The translations under genes and the position numbers were made by a program. The notes beneath the pieces were generated by a model. The model worked only from the letters and a program-made list of their open reading frames with translations, did no database searches and was not told the DNA's origin. This document shows, piece after piece, positions 1 to 7,063 of a stretch of DNA of 64,000 nt; position 1 is the first letter of the stretch; each line of letters starts with the position of its first letter. The stretch comes from a virus, in the IMG/VR virus record IMGVR_UViG_3300044640_002221, positions 64,001-128,000 of that record; one strand, written 5' to 3'.

Positions 1-154
1 GAGGGGCTACACAACCTTTTGATGAGAGAGTATGTAAATCGGAGTAGGGATTTACATACTCTGTACCATCTTCTAAGTAGAGCTTAGTTTTTGCTAGATA
101 ACTGTTGACCATTGTGGGGTCTTTCGACCATGCTGCGGCTGTGATTAGCTCTTG
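1..154 (-). CDS. polA: DNA polymerase I (family A), 3' exon after the group I intron; runs off the window edge
   Basis: Frame from 154 reads QELITAAAWSKDPTMVNSYLAKTKLYLEDGTEYVNPYSDLHTLSSKGC, matching the PolA segment after motif A (QxEL...D...DxHT). Not in the ORF track. Confidence 0.88.
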
Positions 155-241
155 CTTTTGTGATTACCGTGAGGCTCTTTATCCTCACCTCTTATAGTTT
201 CCTATAAGCTTCGACTATCTCTTCATCTCATGTTGTATTAA

Positions 242-1301
242 TACCCTAGACGGGGCTCGAACCCGCAGTTCCTTTCGTAAGCATAAGGGTTAGGAGAAAA
301 GGTTATAACTACCTGAGCCATTTTCTTATAGCGTTGTCACTTACACCAAACATTTTACCCACAGAAACATAACTTTTTGAAGAAACTAGAGCTAATAGTT
401 CTTCTTTACTAGGTCTGTCTTTGACTTTTCTAGTATGTAATTGATGACAAGAGGGACAGCGAGCACTCTTTCTACTCAATGTGATTTTGCCGCAGTCTTT
501 ACACTTGTTATCTTGAACTTCTTTGTTTCTGAGTTTTTCCTGTTTTAGCTTCAGTAAGTCTGCCTTTTCTTGTCTTTTAATGGTCAGTTGTTTCTGCTTT
601 TCTTCTGTAGCCTTATTACGAAGATGTCTCTCTGCCTGCTTAACTCTTAGTGTGTCTAACTTTACTGTTTCTAGTGTTATTAGCTGCATTGCCAGACTGA
701 ACTTTCTTTCTAGCTTGCTTGTAGAGTCTGCATATAATACTTGACAAACTTTTAAAGCTCGCAGCCCATTAACATTGACCTCGCAGTAGTTACCTCTATT
801 AACAGGTCTACACCTATAAGCTGGGTCTATAGACTTTACATATTCTATAAACCCTTCCACCATATTTATAGACCCACATAGACCAACTGCTCTTTTCTTT
901 TCTCCTACATAAACCCATCCATCTCCATCTATACAGCCCCGCCAAAAGTGACGCTGTAAAGAGGGTTCTATGTAAGGTGGTGATGCTATTAGAGATTTAC
1001 GAGGTACTACCCCAAGCTTTGCCAAGTCTTCTTTCATTCTTTTTGAGAATACTGATAGACAAGCAGAGTTTTTCTTCGTGTATCTAACTTTTGTGTGGGC
1101 TTCTAAATAATCTTTAAACTCTTCCAGTATAAGAAAATCATTTTTATGTACTTCTAAGGAAATATTATTTCCTTTTGTAGATACACACCCATCAGTTATT
1201 AAAAACCCAAGGAAATAGGCTTTACTTTCAGTATCAATGTTTTCAAAGAATGACTCGTTCACAGGTTTAAGCGTGCCTCTTCCGTTTTTGGCTACTAGGG
1301 C
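242..1301 (-). pseudogene. Split tRNA-Leu(UAA)-like sequence enclosing the LAGLIDADG ORF inside intron P8
   Basis: 5' half 1301-1260: GCCCUAG UA GCC AAAAACGGAAGA GGC A CG CUUAAA CCUGUG. 3' half 282-242: ...AACU GCGGG UUCGAGC CCCGU CUAGGGU A. This gives a 7-bp acceptor stem, a D arm with GG, a canonical T arm and A15/U48; the anticodon arm is shortened. Confidence 0.75.
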
Positions 1302-1418
1302 AAGATTAATATAACATAAGATGCCTGGCGTTCGTGGAGCTTTCTGCTGTTCCAGCTTATTAACTCTAGTCTGTACACCTTCCTTCCATTCCTGGAAGGC
1401 TTGGCTCGGTGTTGTCAT
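309..1418 (-). CDS. Intron-encoded double-motif LAGLIDADG homing endonuclease with C-terminal Zn finger and HTH
   Basis: Motifs YFLGFLITDGCV and FWRGCIDGDGWV; CKDC..CPSC; terminal HTH (YVSVGKMFGVSDNAIRKW). The true start is uncertain because ATG 1418 lies in the intron core. Confidence 0.9.
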   Translation of the reverse strand: MTTPSQAFQEWKEGVQTRVNKLEQQKAPRTPGILCYINLALVAKNGRGTLKPVNESFFENIDTESKAYFLGFLITDGCVSTKGNNISLEVHKNDFLILEEFKDYLEAHTKVRYTKKNSACLSVFSKRMKEDLAKLGVVPRKSLIASPPYIEPSLQRHFWRGCIDGDGWVYVGEKKRAVGLCGSINMVEGFIEYVKSIDPAYRCRPVNRGNYCEVNVNGLRALKVCQVLYADSTSKLERKFSLAMQLITLETVKLDTLRVKQAERHLRNKATEEKQKQLTIKRQEKADLLKLKQEKLRNKEVQDNKCKDCGKITLSRKSARCPSCHQLHTRKVKDRPSKEELLALVSSKSYVSVGKMFGVSDNAIRKWLR

Positions 1419-1514
1419 GCTCTAGTAGAGTTTAGAGTTCACCGAGTTAACCAGGTTTACACTACATGATTACTCGTGTAGGAGGCCAATGGTAGATGCA
1501 ACCCTGTCTTTGCC

Positions 1515-1856
1515 TTAAAGACGGTTATGCTTTTCGGTTCTTTGTACTCTTCTTGGTACTTTATTCTCATCGAGAATGTTATATAAGACAGTAGTGCCAA
1601 AACCAAACTCTTTTAGGATGTCGCCAGCTTTTGAACCAGCTTTATATTTTGATATAACCTGCTCAACAGTGGCAGAAGGCAGCTTGACTTTACTAGCGAT
1701 AGTCCTTCTTTCATAAACTTGGTTTTTATCCAATAGAGTATAAAAATTATGACTGTTAAGCTCGTATCTCAGTTTTATTCTGTGTACAGGCTCGCCATCT
1801 TTATATGCTGCTATTATTTCTGCTACTTGTTGTGGGGTTAAATCTTTATAGCTCAT
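1515..1856 (-). CDS. Intron loop-1 ORF, tandem HTH-repeat protein
   Basis: Two similar repeats (EIIAAYKDG..IKLRYEL..FYTLLDKN / QVISKYKAG..ILKEFGF..LYNILDEN) bracketed by an 11-bp stem (1866-1856 with 1501-1491). Confidence 0.75.
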   Translation of the reverse strand: MSYKDLTPQQVAEIIAAYKDGEPVHRIKLRYELNSHNFYTLLDKNQVYERRTIASKVKLPSATVEQVISKYKAGSKAGDILKEFGFGTTVLYNILDENKVPRRVQRTEKHNRL

Positions 1857-1877
1857 TGCACCTACCGGATATTTTCA

Positions 1878-1991
1878 ACCTGCGTAATCACAGCTTATAT
1901 GCACTTCTCCTGGTCTACATTCAAACCCTACTCTGGGATTACCTGGGAAGGTAATTGTTCTTGTTTCAGGTTGCCATAGAGTAATTCCCAA
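1878..1991 (-). CDS. polA: polA middle segment ending at the 5' splice site
   Basis: Frame open 2006-1878: ...TITFPGNPRVGFECRPGEVHISCDYAG, equivalent to PolA 'RxxF...G..l.s.DY'. Possible TTG start at 1991 with AAGGA 8 nt upstream; the start is a hypothesis. Confidence 0.7.
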
Positions 1992-2188
1992 ATTTCTTTT
2001 CCTTTCTTAGTTAGTTGCAGATACTGCCTCTTGATGAGCAGCTGCTTACTTTTTAAAACATTCAAAGCAAGCATCACCTCCTTGGTGGTTAGTGGAACAT
2101 CTGGAAATAGAATACCCTTTTGAGGGTCTTTAAAGCACTGGAGAACTAGCAACTCATGCTGGCTCAACTTTAAGCCCAACGGGAGCAA
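1928..2188 (-). CDS. Small winged-helix-like ORF in the +1 frame across the polA discontinuity
   Basis: LSQHELLVL...LTTKEVMLALNVLKSKQLL..RQYLQLTKKGKEIWELL resembles a wHTH ending in LTxKG. Confidence 0.5.
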   Translation of the reverse strand: MLPLGLKLSQHELLVLQCFKDPQKGILFPDVPLTTKEVMLALNVLKSKQLLIKRQYLQLTKKGKEIWELLYGNLKQEQLPSQVIPE

Positions 2189-3554
2189 ACCAGGCTTTAG
2201 ATAGTGTAAGATTGCAATGCGTTTTATTCCCTATTTGTTGGCTGTTAGGTGCTGAAGAACTGGCTCTACTTGTAGCGGCTCCAAGTTGATCATAGCGAGG
2301 ATGAACGTTACCAGTCACAGGATTAATAAACTTTCTCAAGTCCATACCTTCCTGCTTCAATAACTTCTTAAACTCAAGAATAGCTTTCACTACAGGGCTG
2401 AGAGCTATCAAGTCTGACTGTTCCATGATAGTTAGTTCCTCAAAGAGAGATTCCTCATCATCACTAATAAAGATATCATCTCCACCAGCCTCACCATCGC
2501 CCCCGCTGTCTGTCTTTTTAGAAGCATGAAGTAAGTCTACAATGTCTAGCATTCTTTTGAGAGTTTTACCTTGTACATCAGTTAGCTTATTCATGTTGAT
2601 AGCTTTCTGAAGTACATCTAGTAAGCCTGTTGAGGAGCGAAGAACCTTGAGGGCTTTCTGCGAAGGAACTTCTTTACCAGACCAATCACGTTGGGGAGTG
2701 TCAAGCTCTAGTTCTCTCGAAAGATAAACTCCAGCTTCGTCTAGTGCTTCACAAACCCCTTCTTGATAAAGTCGCATGGTTTCTTCACTGACTGGCATAC
2801 CGCCATATTCCATCTCAGCTACTATGACAGTGAAGTTTAATTCTCGTTTAAGAACTTTCTCCATTCCAAAGCCATAAACACCTGAGCTGTTACCTGTCTG
2901 TAAGATAGGGCTATCTGGTAGTGCGGCTATAATAACTTGCTCCATGATGTCATGTATCTGAAATAGATATTTAACATCTGTAGCTGCGTATAGCACCTTC
3001 TCATACCACCATTCATTATCTAGAGTTCTGGCTGATATTGCAGTTCCCCAGGTAGAAGCACGCAGGTCTTTCTTACCGGTGATGTGAACACTCAAATACT
3101 CTCGGCACAAGTCAGCGTAACTATGTCCATGACCTTTACCTACCTTTGAGCCTGTGGCATTGGATATTAACTTACCCATTACCATGATGTCTCGCACGCG
3201 CTCTGGCATATAGTCCAAGGTTGATTTCATGAACTGCATATCAAACTTGTAGTTAATACCTAGCTGATAGTCTTGTACACTTTCTAAAGTGTCTATCAGT
3301 TCTTGAGGGTTGTAACCAGCAACTTCTAGGTGAAGTAAATCAAAGACGTAGGGGATACCTTTAGGCTTCTGGGCTATTAGCAGAGAGATTCTACCTGTGT
3401 GAGGGTCAAGAGCAGAGCCACCTTTGGTTAACCACTCTGGTCTTACACAGGTTTCTGTATCTACTGCCAGCCGCTTTGCTCCATAAAGGTCTCTACAAGC
3501 TAGAGGATAGTCTTGCAGGTTGGTTATGTAGGCAAAAGGTTTAGTTTGTTTCAC
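2154..3554 (-). CDS. polA: DNA polymerase I N-terminal part (3'-5' exonuclease, thumb, start of palm); no 5'-3' exonuclease
   Basis: ExoI AVDTET, ExoII NYKFD, ExoIII YAATD; C-terminal VHPRYDQLGAATSRASSSAPNSQQI matches PolA 'H.fnQ.gtaTGRLSSs.PNlQni'. Confidence 0.92.
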   Translation of the reverse strand: MKQTKPFAYITNLQDYPLACRDLYGAKRLAVDTETCVRPEWLTKGGSALDPHTGRISLLIAQKPKGIPYVFDLLHLEVAGYNPQELIDTLESVQDYQLGINYKFDMQFMKSTLDYMPERVRDIMVMGKLISNATGSKVGKGHGHSYADLCREYLSVHITGKKDLRASTWGTAISARTLDNEWWYEKVLYAATDVKYLFQIHDIMEQVIIAALPDSPILQTGNSSGVYGFGMEKVLKRELNFTVIVAEMEYGGMPVSEETMRLYQEGVCEALDEAGVYLSRELELDTPQRDWSGKEVPSQKALKVLRSSTGLLDVLQKAINMNKLTDVQGKTLKRMLDIVDLLHASKKTDSGGDGEAGGDDIFISDDEESLFEELTIMEQSDLIALSPVVKAILEFKKLLKQEGMDLRKFINPVTGNVHPRYDQLGAATSRASSSAPNSQQIGNKTHCNLTLSKAWFAPVGLKVEPA

Positions 3555-3723
3555 TAGCCGCTAGTTCCTCATAGTCAGCTAACTCTCTAGCAGCTTTTTC
3601 TTTTATAGCTTTAGCTTGGACTAAAGTAGCTTGCGCCCTCTCAAATTCTTTCTTAGCTTGAGTTAAGTTTCTAGTTATGCGAGTTAGATAGGCTTGCTCT
3701 TGGTCTTTCTTGTCTAAGCTCAT
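3541..3723 (-). CDS. Hypothetical coiled-coil protein
   Basis: Overlaps both neighbours in the operon; helical sequence. Confidence 0.65.
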   Translation of the reverse strand: MSLDKKDQEQAYLTRITRNLTQAKKEFERAQATLVQAKAIKEKAARELADYEELAASETN

Positions 3724-4769
3724 ACAATCCCATTCTTTGTGAGAACATCCTTATAAATACGAGCATACAGCTCTGGGTTGGAATCTAGAAACTCTCCAGC
3801 TTTTTCTTCACCCTGACCGGCATTAATTTTCTCCACTCCCAACTCACCTGCATAAGCTTCATTAAACTTCATCCAAGACCCAGCTTTTTGCATTAAGCCT
3901 ACCTTTACAGCTTCTATGACTAAGGACTGTCCCAGTTGAACGACACCTTTATAGATAGGAATCTCTGTTGTTAGGTGCGGTGTAAAAGTTTTGTTCTTAA
4001 TAACCTTCAGGTGAGACTTGATCATACCAGGCTTGTCATTTTCTTTGATAGCTTGGGTAATCATCATTTCTATTGAGAAAAGATGCTTAATAGTATGACC
4101 ACCAGGTGTATCTAAACCCCCATGAGGAGATTTAATATTATCTCTAACTTGATTTACCAAAACCCAGCAAGCATCAGTAGCTGTTAGACCTGAAACTATC
4201 TTGCCCTTCAGTCTTTTAAACATAGCTGCTTGAGCCATAGCTGGTCCATTGTAGTTAGAGTCATCCTGAGTTTTATCAACAACTGCCTTTGGGTCCATAA
4301 ATGGTAAAGAATCAGTGACTATAAGTCTACACCCACTATTGGCGGCTGTGAGAGCGACATCAACGCAGTCTTCGCCATACACAGGCTTACATACAAGTAG
4401 ATTCTCCCCTAGATTGTTACCATCAAATAATTGTAAGTTTCTAGATTCCAGGTTTATTAGATGGTCTTTTGCTAAAGTTTCTTCTAAATCTTGATATACA
4501 GCTTGGTAGCCCTGATTGACTTCATGTTTACAGGACATAAGCATTATGGCAGACTTGCCCATACTTTCTTTGCCTGCCAGCTCTACAAGTCTTCCTTTTG
4601 GCCAACCTCCTCCAGTAACAACATCTAGACCCGCAATACCTGTAGAGAATCTATAAATAGGAGGGATGTTGTTTCCCATCACTACAGCACAGTCGCCATG
4701 TTTTTTCTGCATTATCTCAAATAGAGATAAATTATCCTGAGAATTATCTGGTGTTGTTTTCTTAACCAT
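3720..4769 (-). CDS. recA: RecA/UvsX-family recombinase
   Basis: STGIAGLD..TGGGWPKGRLVELAGKESMGKS (Walker A), IVTDSL, VNQVRDNI, TPGG. Confidence 0.93.
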   Translation of the reverse strand: MVKKTTPDNSQDNLSLFEIMQKKHGDCAVVMGNNIPPIYRFSTGIAGLDVVTGGGWPKGRLVELAGKESMGKSAIMLMSCKHEVNQGYQAVYQDLEETLAKDHLINLESRNLQLFDGNNLGENLLVCKPVYGEDCVDVALTAANSGCRLIVTDSLPFMDPKAVVDKTQDDSNYNGPAMAQAAMFKRLKGKIVSGLTATDACWVLVNQVRDNIKSPHGGLDTPGGHTIKHLFSIEMMITQAIKENDKPGMIKSHLKVIKNKTFTPHLTTEIPIYKGVVQLGQSLVIEAVKVGLMQKAGSWMKFNEAYAGELGVEKINAGQGEEKAGEFLDSNPELYARIYKDVLTKNGIV

Positions 4770-4781
4770 GTACGCTCCTTA

Positions 4782-5264
4782 TTACTTTCCCTGTTCTTTT
4801 TTTACCAATGCCAGCAGCAACCCCGCCATTCTTTCCTCAATCATAAACATAGTCAAAGGCTTTCCTGTTTCAGGATGAGTGATAGTGATGCCATAAACAT
4901 CAATACCCTGCCTCTGACCTTTCTCATACTCTTGAAGAGTGAGATTCCAAGACTTCCTCACACCTCTATCTTTAGTCTCCATTCTCAGAGTACCTTCAAG
5001 TAGAGAAGTGTCTCCGTCTCCCAAGGCTGCTCCTGACCTGAGAGTTGAGGTAGCGATCGCTCTTCTCTGATTACTCTCAACCTTCTTAGCTTGCAGCAGA
5101 CGTTTCTGTTTCTTGCTATCAGGTTTGTGAGGGTGTTCTGGCAACCATCCTGTTGTACTTTCATAAAACAGTTGGCTACTGTTACCGCTGCCAGCGGCGC
5201 ATACTCTACATTTGTTAAGAGCATTTGCACACTGGTTATAGTATTCATCTGGACAGTTCTTCAT
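4782..5264 (-). CDS. Probable PD-(D/E)XK Holliday-junction resolvase-like nuclease with N-terminal Cys cluster
   Basis: RSGA..GDGD....METK motif spacing; CxxxxxxCxxC; adjacent to recA. Confidence 0.55.
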   Translation of the reverse strand: MKNCPDEYYNQCANALNKCRVCAAGSGNSSQLFYESTTGWLPEHPHKPDSKKQKRLLQAKKVESNQRRAIATSTLRSGAALGDGDTSLLEGTLRMETKDRGVRKSWNLTLQEYEKGQRQGIDVYGITITHPETGKPLTMFMIEERMAGLLLALVKKEQGK

Positions 5265-5818
5265 AGTACGCGAGCGTTTTTAAGAGCTGCTATAATGCTA
5301 GTTCTAGACTCATTAGGTCTTCGTATCATAACTCTATCTATTGCTTGTTCACTGGTGGCTGCCACAATCTTTGATGGAATATTACCTTGTAGCTCATCAT
5401 CTTTACTGTAGTTACAGAGGTAGCTGGCGGCGCGTTTAATAGCTATAGGGTGTTTTAGTACCATTCCATAACTTAACTCACCTGCTTGGCGTAGAATACT
5501 TCTCCTAAACCTTGTGTCATCTATAGTAAGCCAAGCTGCAAGAACTCCTTCTTGAACAATCTGCTGACTCTCTTTGTCAAACAGAGCTGCTAGTTCTGCT
5601 GCTCCTGGGTAGGCACTAGTATTTAATATCTCCCATACTATCAACCCATTAAACTCATGGTTATAAAGAGAAACTATGTTGTCAGGGATAGACCTACAAC
5701 AGTTAAACTGTTCATAAAGCTGGTTTACTCTAGCAGTTAGGGTCTTTATAAGCTTTGTGTGCTCATAAATAATTGGGGCTTCATGTTTGTGATAAGCGTA
5801 ATCTCCTGCTGATACCAA
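5261..5818 (-). CDS. Hypothetical protein
   Basis: 185-aa ORF with ATGA-type overlap to the next gene. Confidence 0.7.
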   Translation of the reverse strand: MVSAGDYAYHKHEAPIIYEHTKLIKTLTARVNQLYEQFNCCRSIPDNIVSLYNHEFNGLIVWEILNTSAYPGAAELAALFDKESQQIVQEGVLAAWLTIDDTRFRRSILRQAGELSYGMVLKHPIAIKRAASYLCNYSKDDELQGNIPSKIVAATSEQAIDRVMIRRPNESRTSIIAALKNARVL

Positions 5819-5820
5819 AA

Positions 5821-6165
5821 TTAATCTTCTTCCACCTCTGAATTAATACCTTGGCAGAGAGCTGACAGCATTAGATATTCTATTCTGTACTCTTGAGCTA
5901 ACTGGTATACAGTCAGCTTCCACTGCTGTACAGCCTCGCAGAGTCCTTCCCAAGGGCTGTTAGGCTTGTACTTCTGCTCAAGCACGAACGCTTTTCTCTG
6001 CATTTCGTTCTTTAACTGAAGTCTATCAAATGCTGCTGTAATCTCTTGTTCTGCCTCCCACTTTTCTTTTTTCTTCTCCGCTTCTGCTAGTTGTGATTTG
6101 GAGTTTACTAGCTTGTCCAGAAGTTGTTGGCACAACTCTTTTTGTTCACTCAGCTTCATCTTCAC
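5821..6165 (-). CDS. Hypothetical coiled-coil protein
   Basis: ORF track; operon packing. Confidence 0.7.
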   Translation of the reverse strand: MKMKLSEQKELCQQLLDKLVNSKSQLAEAEKKKEKWEAEQEITAAFDRLQLKNEMQRKAFVLEQKYKPNSPWEGLCEAVQQWKLTVYQLAQEYRIEYLMLSALCQGINSEVEED

Positions 6166-6739
6166 TAGCCTCTGAAGCTTTTACAAGCGTTTGTAGAGTG
6201 TCAGCTAGTCTAGTATCTTGAGAAAACTCTCTGAACTTTGAGTTTACTTGTTTTACTATCTCAAACTCTTCTTGATGTTTCTTTAATTCTTCTACAAGCT
6301 TTTCTACTAAAGCTGCTTTTTCTATTATGAGTTCTTTGAGCTCTTGCTCTCTATGTATATTACTAACCATACTTGATGCCAGTTCAAAAAACTGGGAGTA
6401 ACTATCATTACTTACTATAGTAAGGTTTACTTCGCTTGTACTCATTACTTCACTCTCTGTTATTTTAAATTCCTTTCTCTTATCTTTTTTTTCACTTACT
6501 TCTTTTTCTTCTTTCTCTTGTTTTAACAGATTCTGGACTGCTTGTCTATCTTCTTCATTATCTAAGCAGTTTAGTAACACCAAACCTTCTTTTGTCTTCA
6601 ACACTACTTCTATGTCCGGGGTTAAGTATTGTTCAACCTGTCGTAGAGAGTCAAGGCTTATATAAGGATAATTGGGAGTAGATGCTACTTCTATAGCTTT
6701 TACTTGTCTATTGTTGAATATTACTAGAGTATTGAGCAT
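6146..6739 (-). CDS. Hypothetical protein with charged coiled-coil C-terminus
   Basis: ORF track; operon packing. Confidence 0.7.
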   Translation of the reverse strand: MLNTLVIFNNRQVKAIEVASTPNYPYISLDSLRQVEQYLTPDIEVVLKTKEGLVLLNCLDNEEDRQAVQNLLKQEKEEKEVSEKKDKRKEFKITESEVMSTSEVNLTIVSNDSYSQFFELASSMVSNIHREQELKELIIEKAALVEKLVEELKKHQEEFEIVKQVNSKFREFSQDTRLADTLQTLVKASEASEDEAE

Positions 6740-6790
6740 GGCTTATTATGCGTGTTAATGTTAAGCTGGACTTGTTACATAATTAATACT

Positions 6791-7015
6791 ATGTCTTCTA
6801 ATATTGTCACATCTAATGGTTTAAAGTTAGTTTACACAGGGGAGTTTCTTAACGACCCGGCTGCGGATACAGCAGTAGATTTAGCAACAAACTTCAATAC
6901 TAATACTGAATATCTAGATACGCTGGTTACTAGAGTAACTCTCCTAGAGCCTTTGGCACAGGTTGTGGAAGATTCTGGACTATCAGCAAAATTCTTAAAT
7001 GGTGGAAGCTTCTAA
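6791..7015 (+). CDS. Small protein upstream of the tail fibre, possibly virion-associated
   Basis: ATG at 6791 (MSSNIVTSNG) after an AT-rich divergent spacer is a more plausible start than 6752; T/N/D-rich. Confidence 0.6.
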   Translation: MSSNIVTSNGLKLVYTGEFLNDPAADTAVDLATNFNTNTEYLDTLVTRVTLLEPLAQVVEDSGLSAKFLNGGSF

Positions 7016-7063
7016 ATCTTTCAACGAACAGTTCGTCGCATAAGCAATAAATAATAAATAATC

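Larger units (their letters stand above)
155..1877 (-). mobile_element. Group I intron (1723 nt) in polA motif A, carrying two ORFs
   Basis: Minus strand: 5' exon ends ...GAT TAC GCA GGU (1878), intron ends in G (155), and splicing gives DYAG|QEL in frame. Core pairings: P3 UUAACUC(1450-1444)/GAGUUAA(1366-1360), P4 CGGUG/CACCG, P6a CCUUCCA/UGGAAGG, P7 GACUA(1371-1367)/UAGUC(217-213) after AAGAGA, P9 CUUAUAG-GAAA-CUAUAAG (208-191), IGS AUUGGCCU. Confidence 0.92.

Noticed and set aside
1-190. Resemblance to tmRNA or RNase P RNA (GGGGCT start, GGTC-GAAA-GACC, hairpins)
   Set aside because: The minus-strand frame encodes the PolA segment after motif A, and 155-208 is explained by intron P9.
1265-1418. 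N-terminal ~50 aa of the LAGLIDADG ORF as called
   Set aside because: It overlaps intron P5-P8 and the tRNA-like 5' half and has no similarity to the family that I can see. The real start is unresolved (possibly GTG 1262).
2007-2156. T4 gene 60-type ribosomal bypass, slippery-site frameshift or intein explaining the polA gap
   Set aside because: There is no matching GCA landing codon after the last in-frame stop. The T_TTA_AAA heptamer would shift directly into a TAA. No intein N- or C-terminal motifs are present.
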